A stretch of DNA of 64,000 bases from the human T2T-CHM13v2.0 reference genome, Homo sapiens: NCBI RefSeq assembly GCF_009914755.1, contig NC_060926.1. One strand, 5' to 3'. Of the stretch, positions 17,545-30,400 are shown one piece after another. A program made the position numbers and the translations under genes. Every line of letters begins with the position of its first letter. The first letter of the stretch is position 1. The notes under the pieces are model-generated. The model was not told where the DNA came from. It made no database searches and saw nothing but the letters and a program-made list of their open reading frames with translations.

Positions 17545-17800
17545 GTAACATATATAGATCATACTATCTGCTAGGCAAAATGCTATGCATGTTACATGTA
17601 TTATATTTAATCCTCAATATAATCCATAGGTTAAAAGCTCCTATTATCTTTATTTGACAGATGAGGAAACTGAAAGCACATAGGGTTTAAATAACCTAGT
17701 GGAGTTAGGTAAATTCCTTGAGGTCATATAACTAGAAGGGGGTAGTCAGAATTTGGATCCAAGCCATCTGGCCCCGGAGTCTACACTCTTAACCACTGCA
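17545..17800 (-). mobile_element. MIR SINE, near full length
   Basis: ttgacagatgaggaaactga...tctggccccggagtctacactcttaaccactg. Confidence 0.8.
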
Positions 17801-18688
17801 CCAGCCAATGTCAAATTTTTGGCCTCAGGACCTTGTCATGCATGAACATTATTAAGGATACCAAAGGACTTTTGTTTCTGTGGGCTGTATCTACTGATAT
17901 TTACCATATTAGAAATAAAAAACAAGTGATTTAAACATATTTATCAATTTATTTAAAATTAATAATAGACTCATTAATTTTTAGTATAAATAGAAAAATG
18001 TTAATAATGTATAATTGTATTTTTCAACCCCCCAAAAAATTTAGTGAGAAGAGTCATACTGTTTTACATGCTTTAAATCTTTCAATGCCTGTCTTAATGG
18101 AAAAAAAGTTGGATTCCATATCTGTTTCTCTTGAGATATATTGCTTGGGTCAAAGTGTATGAAGAAAATTTGGCCTCACACAGATATGTAGTTAGAATAG
18201 TATTTTACTATAAGCTTATTCAAATAATTGTGGAAAAACTTCTTTAATATCACAAAACTTGAAAAGTATTTTCCTAGAGGATGGTGTGTGGAATATAAAT
18301 CCATAACAATGAACTTCTCTTACTGTAGTACAAAAAAAATCCGTTGGTCTACCTTACCCTTTAAATGAATCTTACTTGACTTTATAGCATCATGAATTGT
18401 TCATTTGGTTCACCAGTTATGTAGATCTTTTAAATGTTGACACACTTTATTGTGTGATATTAAGAAATTATATTGTCAACATACCACTTAACTCATCATA
18501 AAAGTCAGTAAGTGTTGGGAAGATGTCAAGCTCAGAATGGTAACGATTTTCCATACTTGTCATTTTGACTTGAAAGTTTGAATTTTATTATTGACAAGTG
18601 TTGTCAATTACCTTCCTTGATATGACAGGCTCACTTAATTCATTTTTGAGAAAATATCTGCAAAATTCCCAAATATGAATAACCTTAG

Positions 18689-21412
18689 TGATATGGTTTG
18701 GTTCTGTGTCCCTACCCAAATCTCATCTTGAATTATAATCCCCACATATTGAGGGAGGGACCTAGTGGGAGGTGACTGGATCAATGGGAGTGGGTTCCTC
18801 CATGCTGATCTCATGATACTGAGTGAGTTCTCATGAGATCTGATGGTTTAAAAGTGTTTGGTAGTTCCCCTATTGCTTTCTCTCTCTCTCTCTCCTGCCG
18901 CTCTGTGAAGACAGTAGGCACTTTCCCCTTCACCTTCTTCCATGATTGTAAGTTTCCTGAGGCCTCCTCAGCCATGTAGAACTGTGAGTCAATTAAACCT
19001 CTTTTATTCATTAATTAACCAGTCTCAAGTATTTTTTTATCACAGCATGAAAAATGGACTAATAAAGAGAACTGGTACTGGGAGTTTGGGTCACTGCTAT
19101 TAAAATGCCTGAACATGTGAAAGCAACTTTGGAACAGGGTAATGGGCAGAGGTTGGAACAGGTTGGAAGGCTTGGAAGAAGGCAGGAAGATGTGGGAAAG
19201 CTTGGAGTTTTCTAGAGACTTGTTGAATGGTTTTGATCAAAATGCTGATAGTGATATGGATAGTGAAGCATAGACTGAGGTGTTTTCAGATGGATGAGGA
19301 ACTAATTGGGAACTGGAGTAAAGGTGATTCTTGCTATGCTTTAGCAAAGAGACTGGAAGCATCTTCCCCCTTCCTTAAAGATCTGTGGAACATTGAACTT
19401 GAGTGAGATGATTTAGGGTATATGGTTTTGCTGTGCCCCACTCAAATCTCATCTTGAATTGTAACTCCCACAGTTCCCACATGTCATGGAAGGAATCTGA
19501 TGGGAGGCAATTGAATCATGGGGCAGGTCTTTCCCGTGCTGTTCTCATGATAGTGAATAAGTCTCATGAGAAGGGATGGTTTTAAAAACAGGAGCTTCCC
19601 TGCACAACCTCTCTCTCTTTGACTGCTGCCATCCATGTAAGAAGTGACTTGCTCCTCCTTGCCTTCCACCATGATTGTGAGGCCTCCTCAGCCTTGTGGA
19701 ACTCTAAATCCATTAAACCTCTTTTTCTTCCCAGCCTCAGGCATGTATTTATCAACAGTCTGAAAACAGACTAATACAGGGTATCTGGCAGAAGAAATCT
19801 TTAAGCAGCAAAGCATTCAATATGTGACCTGGCTTTTTCTGAAAACATATAGTCACATACATTCACTAAGAGATGGTCTGAAATTGGAACTTATGTTTAA
19901 AAGGGAAGCAGAGTGAAAAGGTTTGGAAAATTTGTAGCATGACCATGTAGTAAGGGAAAAAAACAAACATTTTCTGGGGATAAATTTAAGCCACGGCTGC
20001 AGAAATTTCCATAAGTATCAAGGAGGTAAGTGTTAATAGCCAAGACAATGGGGAAAATGTCTCCAGGGCACATCAGGGATCTTCATGGCAGCCCCTCCCA
20101 TCACAGGCCTGCAGGCCTAGGAGGAGAAAATGGTTTGGTGGGCTGGGCCCAGGGCCCCACTGCTCTGTGCAGCCTCAGGACATGGTGCCCTGTATCCCCA
20201 CCATTCCAGCTCTAGCTATGGCTAAAAGGGGCCAATGTACAGCTTGGGCCATAGCTTCAGATGGTATAAGCCTTGGTGGCTTCCATGTGGTTTGGGGCCT
20301 GTGGGTGAACAGAAGGCAAGAATTTAGATTTGGGAGCCTCTGCCTAGATATCAGAGGATGTATGGAAATGCCTGAAGGTCCAAGCAGAAGTATGCTGCAG
20401 GGGTGGAGCCCTAATGGAGAACCTCTACTAGGGCAATGCAAAGGGGAAATGTGGGATTAGTGCCCCCACACAGAGTTCTCACTGGAGTACTTCCTAGTGG
20501 AGCTGTGAGAAAAGGGCCACCATTCTCCAGACCCCATAATGGTAGATCCACTAACAGTTTGCACTATTCTTTTGGAAAAACAGTAGGTATTCAATGCCAG
20601 TTTGTGAAAGCAGCCCTGGTGGCTGTACCCTGCAGAGCCACAGGGGTGGAGTTGCCTAAGGCCTTGGGAGCCCAACACTCATGTCAGCGTGCCCTGGGTG
20701 TGAGACATGAAGCCAAAGGAAATCATTTCAGCGCTTTAAGATTTAATGATTGCCCCACTGGGTTTCAGACTTGCATGGGGCCTACAGCCCCTTTGTTTTG
20801 GCCAATTTTTCCCATTTAGAACCAGAGAATTCACCCAATGCCTGTCTCCCATTGTATCTTGCAAGTAACTAGCTTGTTTTTCATTTTCAGGTTCGTAGGT
20901 AGAAGAGGCTTGCTTTGTCTCAGATGAAACATTGGACTTGGACTTTTGAGTTAATGCTGGAATAAGTTAAAACTTTGGGGGAATGTTGGGAAGGCATAAT
21001 CGCATTTTGAAATGTGAAAAGGACATGAGATTTGGGAGGTGCCGGGGCAGAATGATATTGTTTGGTTCTGCGTGCCTAACCAAATCTCCTCTTGAATTAT
21101 AATCTCCACGTGTCAAAGGAGGGACCTAATGGGAGGTGACTGAATCATGGGGGCAGTTTCCCCCATGCTGTTCTAATGATAGCAAGTGATTTCTCACAAT
21201 ATTTGATGGTTTTAAAGTGGTCAGCAGTTCCCCCCTCATTCTCTCTCTTTCCTGCCACTTTTTGAAGAAGGTGCCTGCTTCCCTTCGCCTTCCATCATGA
21301 TTGTAAGTTTCCTGAGGCTTCCTGAGCCATGAGGAACTGAGTCAATAAAATCTCTTTCCTTTAAGTTACTCAGTCTCAGTTCTTTATAGCAGTGTGAAAA
21401 TGGACTAATATA
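18689..21412 (+). mobile_element. Complete THE1D MaLR provirus (5'LTR 18689-19066, internal region, 3'LTR 21053-21412)
   Basis: Two direct LTRs (tgatat(g/t)gtttggttctg...ggactaata). THE1-int between them, with PPT gggaggtgccggggcagaa before the 3'LTR. Confidence 0.9.
19421..19778 (+). mobile_element. THE1A-like solo LTR nested in THE1D-int
   Basis: Perfect 5-bp TSD GGGTA at 19416-19420 and 19779-19783. THE1A-type segment ccatccatgtaagaagtgacttgctcctcc. Confidence 0.85.
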
Positions 21413-21623
21413 TGCAGTTTCTCCATCAGTTATTTCAGTTTAAAAATGATATTCCATTAAAAAGGAGTTCATTTTCTTTGAGATGACCATTATATTTTCA
21501 TATTCAGCAGAAGTGCCTTATGTGTAATTCCCATTTCATTATGCAGAGGATTGTAAAGCTATGTACTCAAAGAACAAAATTTAATAAAAATTAACCATAA
21601 TTTTCGCTTTATTAAGAACATCT

Positions 21624-21778
21624 AGCCAGGTGTTCTGGTGCATGCTGGTAGTCCTAAGTACTTAGGAGGCTGAGGTGGGAGGATTGGTTGCAACCAGGAG
21701 ATTGAGGCTTCAGTGAGCTGTGATCATGCCACTGCACTCCAGCCTAGGTGACAGAGCAAGGGCCCTGTCTCAAAAAAA
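21624..21778 (+). mobile_element. Alu right monomer (FRAM/AluJ), followed by (TA)n to ~21860
   Basis: agccaggtg...gcactccagcctaggtgacagagcaagggccctgtctcaaaaaaa. Confidence 0.85.
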
Positions 21779-22255
21779 TTACATATATATATTATATATA
21801 TACATATATATAAAATAGACATATGTACTATATATATACGTTATATATGTAATATATATGTCTTATGGAAAACTAAAACTGGGAAGTTTCTGAAACTGTG
21901 AGTTTGTGGCTGTGAAGGCTTCAATGACTACTAGTACTTTTTGGTGGTACTTCCTAAATTCATGCTAAGACATAAGCAATTTTACTCACCATTGCTTTTG
22001 CAACATCAGCACAAACATAAAAACAATAAAAGATAAAAAACTTTCAGCATTATTATCAAAATAGTTTTGACCTTGCAGATCCCCTAAAAATGTTCTCAGG
22101 AAACACCAGGATTCTGGAAATCACATTTTAAGAAACATGCAGAGAAACATGTGGTTAAGAAACCACATTTTAAGAAACACATTATACTCAGTATAAAATT
22201 AAAAATTATTAAGTATAGTATATATACAAAGATATGGCAAAAGAAAAACAAAGTC

Positions 22256-22590
22256 TTGCATATTGAATGTTTGTGACCCCCACAACTCATATATTGAAGC
22301 CCTAACACCTAATGTAGCAGCATTTGAAGATGGGGCTTTCGGCAGGTAATTGGACTTAGGTGAGATCATGAGGGCAGCAACCTTATGAGATTAGTGCCCT
22401 TATAAGAAGAGACACCAGAGAGCTTTCTCTCTCAGCCATATCAGGACACAGTGAGAAGGTAATAATCCACAAGCTAGGAAAAGAGCCTTCACCAGAACCT
22501 GACCATGCTGGTGTCCTGATCTCAAACTTCCAGCCTCCAGCACTGTGAAAAAGTAAATGTCTGCTGTTGAAGCCACCCAGTCTGTTGTAC
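22256..22590 (+). mobile_element. MLT1A-like LTR, 3'-truncated
   Basis: tgaatgtttgtgacccc...gcccttataagaagagacaccagagag...aagccacccagtctg. Confidence 0.8.
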
Positions 22591-24309
22591 TCGAGACACA
22601 ATTCACTCTGAGGAGAAATTTCTCTCCAGCTGTAAACCTGTGACACAAGACAAGCACAAGTTATATGCTTCCAAAATATGATAATGGGCCGACATAGAAT
22701 ATAAATATTCCTATTCCAAAAGGGAGAGATGAGAAGAAAAAAATGGGTAATTGATCCCAAGCAGGGTCCAAAACTTTCAAGGCAAACTCCATTATATCTT
22801 AATGTTTGAAAATAATTTTCTTTGGCTTGATGCCCTGCCTTCTGGACATGTGGGGGTAACAATTCCACCCCCGAGGCTCTGCCAAGCTGTAAGGTTACAT
22901 CTCCAAGGCCTGCTGGGTAGGGGTCTTGCATCCAAGGCTCTTCTGGGCATAGTCATGCTCTCAAATCTCTTCTGGGAAGGAGTTGTGTCCCCGGGGATCT
23001 TCCAGGCAGACCTGCCTCCACAAATTTGGACAGAAGATTTCTAGCCTGTTGAAACCAAGGTGGTGGCTGTGATGGTCTCTGAATTTCCTTTGGTCTACTT
23101 TTCTGTCTTCTTGAAGAACAGCACATGTTCATAGCCAAATAGCTCTATCATCCCATCTTGTCAAATCCAAGAAGTCTGACAGCCTTCTTTCATTCACCCC
23201 CTTTTCTGTTATCTTTAGTGGCAGCTGGTGGTGTTCCTGCTGGTAAAATGCAATCTCTATTCTAAGCCACCGCTGATATGGCTGATTAGATCCATGGTTC
23301 ATACCCACACTAATCATCTTGAATGGTTATTCAGCCACACCCTTCGTATGCTCTTCAGAAAAAGCTTTCTCATTTTTTGCAATATGGGCAGGCTGAGAAT
23401 TTTCCACATCTTCCAGTTCTGGACCATTTTTGCTTAATAATTCCTTCTTTAATTTATTTCTCTCCTTTTGCATTATACTATAAGCAGTCAGGAGGAACCA
23501 AGCCACTCCTTCAACACTCTGCTTGGAAATACCCTCAGCTAAATACTCAATTTTATTGCTTGTAAGTTCTAATTCCACAAAACCCCAGTACATAAATGCC
23601 ACTTAGCCAAGTTCTTTGTCATTTCATAACAAAGATTGCCTTTTCTACATTGCCCAATAAACTCTTCCTCATTCCCATCAGACATCAGTAGAACAGCCTT
23701 TTAACATCCATATTTGTATCACCATACTTTTCATGATTACTTACATAGTCTCTAAGATGAAAACTTTCTCACCAGTTCTCCTCTTTTCTTTCTGAGCCAT
23801 CACTAGAATCACTATTAACATCTATATTTCTGACAGGCACCTCAAAACTCTCTCAGACTTTACCCTTTACCCAGTTCTAAAGCCTGTTCCATATTTTTAG
23901 GTGTTTGTTACAACAGCATCCCTCTTCTTGCACCAAAATTTGCCCTACTTAGCTTGAGCTGTCATAACGAAATATCACAGCCTGAATGGTTTAAACAATA
24001 GAAATGTATTTCTCATAGTTCTGGAGGCTTCTTGGGAAGTCTGAGGTCATGGTGCTGGCCAATTTTGTTCCTAATAAGGAATCTCTTCCTGGCCTGCTCG
24101 TGGCTGCCTTCTTACTTGGTCCTGACATTGCAGAGAGAGGGAGAGACCAAGCTCTCTGTTGCCTCCTCTTATAAGGGCACTAATCCCATCATGAGGTCCC
24201 TAATCTCATTATCTCATATAAACATAATAATCTCCCAAAGGCCCTAACTTTGGGAGTTAGAGCTTCAACATACAAATTTTGAAGGTGGGATACAATTTAG
24301 TTTATAACA
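22591..24309 (-). mobile_element. MLT1A-like element: 5'LTR (23941-24309) plus internal region, lacking the 3'LTR
   Basis: Antisense LTR followed on the minus strand by the MLT-int start aattttggtgcaagaagagggatgctgttgtaacaaacacctaaaaat. Confidence 0.78.
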
Positions 24310-24456
24310 CACAAATATAAAACCAAAACAAATCAAAAAAGCTTTTTTGTTGATATAGCATATATATATACATTGTGTATTTATACACACACACATTACA
24401 TGTATATATGGTATCACTTCAAATTAGAAGGTGAGAACTGTGTAAAGGATGATGGG

Positions 24457-25050
24457 CTCTTTCCTGAGTGGCCTGAAGTGATCTGTAAAAATGGTCCACT
24501 ATTCGCTTGACCAAGAAAACCCCACAAAATCATGCAAATCAGAAGGTTCAAATCTTCATGTTCACTCTGAAAACACCCATGAAACTGCCCAGGCCACCAA
24601 GGGTATGCATATATAAAAAGCCGTCAAGTATCTGAAAGATGTCAGAAACAGTCTGTACCATTCCAGTGTTACAATGGTGGAGTTGGGAAGTGTGCCCAAG
24701 CCAAACATTGGGGCTAGACACATGGTCAGTGGCCCAAAAAGAATGCTGAGTTTTTGCTGCACATGCTTAAAAATGCAGAAAATAAGTCAGAACCTAGGGG
24801 TTTCGATGTAGACCCTTTGGCCATTGAGCATATCCAGGTGAACAAAGCACCCAAGATGCCCTGCCAGACTTGCAAAGCTCATGGTTGGATTAACCCATAC
24901 AGGAACTCCCCCTGCCACATGGAGATGATCTTTACTGAAAAGAAACAAAATCAGAAGAGAAAGATATCCCAGAGGAAACTGAAGAAACCAATACATAGGG
25001 CACAGAAATACATTCAGAATAAAAGGAATGTAATTAAAAATAAATAAATA
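24457..25050 (+). pseudogene. RPL17 (uL22) processed pseudogene, full length
   Basis: Starts with 5'TOP ctctttcc. ATG at 24491 reads [25 protein letters not shown] (parent [25 protein letters not shown]), with an in-frame TAA at 24614-24616. Later LHMLKNAE...[12 protein letters not shown]...HGWINPY..SPCH. Intronless, A-rich tail, TSD aaa(gg/ta)atgatggg at 24444-24456 and 25050-25062. Confidence 0.93.
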
Positions 25051-25404
25051 AATAATGATGGGTCAACTATTAGCCATATGGAAAAAAATTAAATGGATCA
25101 CTACCTAATAATTTACACAAAAATGAAATCTAATGTAAGGGAGATTGATATATACAAAATAGTAGTATGAAAATAAAGAGCTGGGGGAAATTGTTTCTTA
25201 ACTTTTGGGTCAGGATGACTCTTCAGGAAAAAAGTCAGGGAAGAGACATCCCCTTCTACCACTCTCCAATCTCCAGCCAGTGCTCCCCAGTGACTGAAGC
25301 CAGGTGATGTGGATGACAAGTGAGCATGTATGTGCAGTCCTTCATTACAGAAAAGGCTGGAGAGTTGATCCAGAGGGAAAAATGGAAAGTATCCAGCCCA
25401 TTTA

Positions 25405-25862
25405 GTGAGACGGGTTACACCATGTCTTCCCCAAATGTATGTTTAAGTCTTAACCCCTGGTACTTCAGAATGTGTCCTTATGTGGAATAGGGTTGTTGCA
25501 GATTTAATTAGTTAAGATGAAGTCATATTGAAATAGAAGGAGCCCCCAATCCAATAAGACCTGTGTCCTTATTATATAAAGAAGAAATTTGGAAAGAGAC
25601 ACACACAGAGGGGGAATGCCATGGAAGGACTGGAGTAATGTTGCCACAAGTCAAAAAACAACACGGATTGCCAGCAAACCAGCAGAAGCTAGGAGGAAGG
25701 CATGGATTCACCTTCACAACCCGCCAACGCCCCCCCCCAAAAAAACCCTTCCAGCATCTTGATTTAGGACATCTAGCCCCCAGAATTGTAAATGAATTCC
25801 TGTTGTGTGAGCCACCCAATTTGTAGTTCTTTGTTATGGCATCCCTATCAAAATAATATACA
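25405..25862 (+). mobile_element. MLT1B/C LTR
   Basis: cttaacccctggtacttcagaatgtg...gcagatttaattagttaagatga...tttgttatggcatccct...aatataca. Confidence 0.8.
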
Positions 25863-25972
25863 AAGTCATCACAGCATTTTTCATAATAATGAGAGATTGG
25901 AAATAGTGTGTCTATCTACCTATGTCTTTATCTACCTTCTGAGTTCTATACAGTATTTACGCAGGTGGGGAA

Positions 25973-26175
25973 CAGGAGAGCCAGGGTTTGTGAAGCTTAA
26001 GCCTGTGCAATTTTAGGCGGTCAGTTGAATTTAAAGGAACACAGAAATTTCATGGTTTTGCAAAGTTTACAAAAACTCATGACACAGTGAACACATTGTT
26101 AGGCCTGCCCAATGGCCATGTGCAAGGAAGGGCCCTAAAGCTTAAGCCTCATTATCTCCTGTATACAGTTCCTAT
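25973..26175 (+). mobile_element. MER63-like hAT element
   Basis: ccagggtttgtgaagcttaagcc...gggccctaaagcttaagcctcatta. Confidence 0.55.
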
Positions 26176-27295
26176 AAATAGTAAATAAAATAAATAAATA
26201 ATGATACAACATAAAACTTAATGACAGAACTAAGACGCAACAGTTTTCTTATACACATGAATTTAAATAGCTATGCTTTCATGTTAAAATAGACCTTTAT
26301 ATTGGATAATAAAATTAAAAATGCATATAAAAAAAAATAAGTAAAAGAAGACAAAATTTAGAAGGCCTGCCAGGTTGGACAACTGAGTTAGCTAGCTTTG
26401 CCATATCCCCATCTCCCTAACCATAAAAACCACCCCATGGGAACAAACACAACTTGACATTTTTCATTTCTCTGAAGTGAGTGCCCATCATTTTCTCATT
26501 TTTACGACTGCATTTTATTAATTTGCAAATGAAAACAAGGAAACATTAAAAGATTGGCTCAGCCATTAGCCATCCCAATATAGTTGAGGTTTGGTCCTCC
26601 TAATTGAAACCAAGATTTCGGTTTCCTGGAAAATGTCAGAAAGACTGTTCATTTCTCAGGGCCTGTTATCTGACCATCATGAGGAGGAGCTGGAAATCTG
26701 TCAGATCAGATAGTTTCATTTTTGAGTACTGATGTCCTATGGACATCATCAGCCTCAGTCAGCCACACAGAGCTCAGAAGCTGACCCCAGCCAGAGAATA
26801 GGTGTTTGTTTTCTATGATTGTTTATGATTTATATGATTGTTTATAATTTTCCTATCTTGTAAGCTTGTATCTTTTCCTATTCTTTTTAAAATTGTATAT
26901 ACTCCTAAGAAATGAAATTTTATTTGTATTTAAATGCCTTGATTCGATGTGACATTGGTTTTCTTTCCAAATGAGCTAAACCTTACCCAGGAGGGGTGTA
27001 GGAATGGGGTTGTAAGGATGACGTAGGAAAAAGTATTATTTAAAACAAACCTTTACTCTTGAAACATGTAAATCCATTATGTAGAATAAGATCTTCAATT
27101 GAGCATCCAAAAAAAAAAAAAAACAACTCTGGTCATGCTAAACCACTAGGGATTGTCATTTACATGGTAGTTCATTCAGAATTAATGAAGTCAATATGAC
27201 ACTACGTCTCAAGACTAATTCATCTTGAGTATTCTATATGCTAGAGCTCCTGTGCTATATGAAGCATTCAAATTTTAGCATTTGTCAAAATCACC

Positions 27296-27439
27296 TTCTT
27301 ATAGCACAGATTGGTCTGCCCCATCTCCACATTTTCCGAGTCAGTAGGTTTAAGGAGAGGCCCAGAAATCTGTGTTTCTAACAACTTGCCAAATGGTGAT
27401 GCTGCTGCTGATCTAGGTACCACACTTTGAGAACCACTG
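27296..27439. mobile_element. MER5A hAT-Charlie fragment
   Basis: gtcagtaggtttaaggagaggcccagaaatctgtgtttctaacaac...ccacactttgagaaccactg (TIR). Confidence 0.78.
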
Positions 27440-28874
27440 TTATAGTCATTTTGTTGGGTTCAGGCTACCAGAGTTATATTTGGATGGGAGACAAGATACT
27501 GGATACCCAAAGGGTGGGCCACATAGATCTGAGGATATGGGAAGATAATCAGTTGATTTAAAGATGTGTGAACATTCTAAATCATTGTGAAGGGATTATG
27601 GAAAGTGAAAATTCACAAATGAAGCTTGGAAAGACAGAGACGAATGTAAAATCTGTTGAAAGGAATGGTATGAAGAGTCTAGAGTGTCTCTGGAAACTCA
27701 GCTATTTCCGTTCTAGCACTCATCAAAAATTTTTTACACGTTTTTGTAAGATTATTTGATTAACTTGACCCTTTATTACGTTCCCCCATGAAGAAATGAA
27801 GAGTAACTTCTTACTCATGATAGAGTGCCTGTCACAGAGTTGGATAAAGAAGTGAGTCTCCAGATATTTGATGAATTAATGAAGTAGTGAAAAATGCATG
27901 AATGAACACATGAATAGCTGTAGCAAATGTGGGGGAGGGTGCTGTAGCCAGAGGCTGGAAAAGACTACATGAAGATGAGCTCTTAGTAGATGACTGCACA
28001 GTAAAAACCATCTTCTTGACCACGAGGGCTGTTAGGCTGCAGGTTTGAAAAAGGGCTTGTGGTATATTCTGTCCTTAGGGATAAAGAGGGGTGGGCATGG
28101 GGGTGATGTAAGAACCAGAATTGATGCCCAGATCTTGGAGGAGGATGTGAAGGCGCCTAGGTCTGTCTGAAGCTATGGATAGGGCTCTCACATTGTGGGT
28201 ACCAGTCTTGTCCAGAGAGTCACAGTGGACTCTGGAGCTTCAGAAATTCAGAGGACAAAAGAAGACTGATCTCATAATTGGCTAGGTTTCCCTAGTTTGC
28301 CTGAATTCATGTGACGAAAAAGAAAAATATAGGAGAAAAAAAGATAAAAGAAAATGAAAGTGGGTAGAAGACAATACCTTTTTTCTGAAATTCCTGAAAC
28401 AATATTTTAAGGATGAAAATAAAATTGAGCTCCATTTTTAAGGGTTTAGGGAATGTCTCTCTTGACCAAATGGCTTTTGTTTTGTTCTGTTTCATTTTGT
28501 TTTTTAATATAATGGACTTCATTCCACTATTTTGCTTGTTATCAGAATAATATGTGGAGATTCTTCAAAAATTTTTTCCAATTCCTGTCTCACATAGATG
28601 AAAGTTTCCAGGTGGTATTCTTTCTTTCTTTTTTTTTCCTTTCTTTACATTCACTACTAGGACACCAAGAACCACATCTAGGAAAGTGTTCCAAAGACTT
28701 TTGATATTGACCCCATCCATCGACTTTCCTTCCCCCTTATTTATTCATAAGTTGTGTATGTGGTATAGTGTGTACATCAGTAAATTACTCCTAATCCTTT
28801 TGGAAAATGAGTAGTATATAAACAAAAATATAAAAGGCAAAGTCCACTTTGCACAGACAGTTGTCTGTAAATTA

Positions 28875-29103
28875 AGTCTGTATGGACTCTGGAGACAGAA
28901 TGCATGTATTCAAGTCTGAGCCCTACTGCGTAGGATCTGTGAGACCTTGTGTATGACTTTTAAGTTTTCTATAGGTCAGTTTTCCCATCTGTGAAATGGG
29001 AATAAATACTAGTCTTTCCCATAAGGTCACTGTGAGGATTAAATTAGTTGCTCTATGCGTGTCTAGCGTATAGTAAGTGCTATATTTACGCTACTGATTA
29101 TTA
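28875..29103 (+). mobile_element. MIR SINE
   Basis: ggactctggagacaga...cagtttcccatctgtgaaatggg...gtgaggattaaat. Confidence 0.8.
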
Positions 29104-29989
29104 ATGCTGAACTTTCATATCACACTGAGTGGGTTTAGATATGATGTCCAAGGCATCGTGCAGTATGAGAAGAGCAGAGGGTTTGTTGATAATAACAAAA
29201 AATCTACAATTCAAAGGGATTTTTAGACATTATCTAGCACAGCCCTGTTCTTTCACATCTGGGAAATAAAAGCCTGAGGTCCCTGAAGGTTAAGTGGTTT
29301 TCCCAGGTCACCTGCTCCTAGGTAGCAAGGCATATGAGTGAGGGGCTCCAGGTATATAAGCAGCAGACTTGCTGTAGGAAAAGCAGGCAAGTACCTTGAT
29401 AGAAAGAGGGCTGGATTCCAGACCTGATACTGGTGTGTGGACAGGGTCAGGTCTGGAATCCAGCACTCGGTGACTGTGGGCAAGTCACTGCCCTGCTCCA
29501 GGTCTCCATCTTGGGGAAAAAAGCATTAAACAATTTTCTAAGGCTTTTCCCAGTTCTTTCAATTTATAATTCTAGTCATTACTGTTCTCTTTGGGCACAT
29601 GCCTAGAACTGAACTGGAAACATTTGCAATATGATAGAAACAGAGCTTCATAAAGTCAGAATAGAAGATTTAACATTTCCTACATCCAGACCTTCATCTT
29701 CCTTGGAACTCTTGCCCAATCTTTCCAATACAGAAGTTTCTTTGAAGTCCTTCTGATTGGGTTGATTAAGGAATCAGTTGCTCTAATTCCCCCCCACCTA
29801 CTTTGATCTCCACACAGCCCAGATAGTTTCAAACAGATGAAATTGCTATTCCTCAGTCCCCAGCCATGCTTGAAGGCAGCCAGCAAAGCATGCCAACCAC
29901 CAGCTGAACCACTCACTGCTGCTTAGTAAAACTGTGGTGAACTTCAGGATGGTGGTCTGTGGCCACAGTCATCACTACTATAAAGCCAA

Positions 29990-30400
29990 GTCATTGATTC
30001 TTTCAGAACATATTTATGGGTCCCTTCTAAGTGGCAGGCATTGAGTTAGACACTTAGGGAACTTAAAATCTAGCAGGGAATGGACAACCATTATTCAAAA
30101 AGTCATGCCAATAAGAACACAATTATAACTGTGATAAGTGCATAGAAAATGCTCACAGCAACATGCCAGTAGTGTATAGTGAGGGCTTTTTGATCCCTCC
30201 TCTAGAGGCTAAAGCAGTATTGCTTATGTCGTAGGGGTTGGGTTTAAGACTGGGGAACTGGGGCCAGGAAGTTGGAACTGCTCCAGGCAGAGGGGACAAC
30301 ATGTGTGAAGGCCATTGGTGTGAGTATATGAGGAACTAGGAGGTGACCAGGACACTGAAGCACAGAGAATGACATGGACATTGAGTCAAGCTCATCACAG
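29990..30400 (-). mobile_element. L2 3' fragment
   Basis: tcattgattctttcagaacatatttatggg...ccaggcagaggggacaacatgtgtgaaggcc. Confidence 0.55.

Larger units (their letters stand above)
17802..22140 (+). mobile_element. Charlie1(a/b) hAT transposon interrupted by THE1D and an Alu monomer
   Basis: Left end cagccaatgtcaaatttttggcctcaggacc...ccaaaggacttttgttt. Resumes at ~21413 and ends cacattttaagaaac. Confidence 0.75.

Noticed and set aside
22383-22931. 182-aa ORF across the MLT1A junction
   Set aside because: Entirely MaLR-derived, with no gag/pol motifs.
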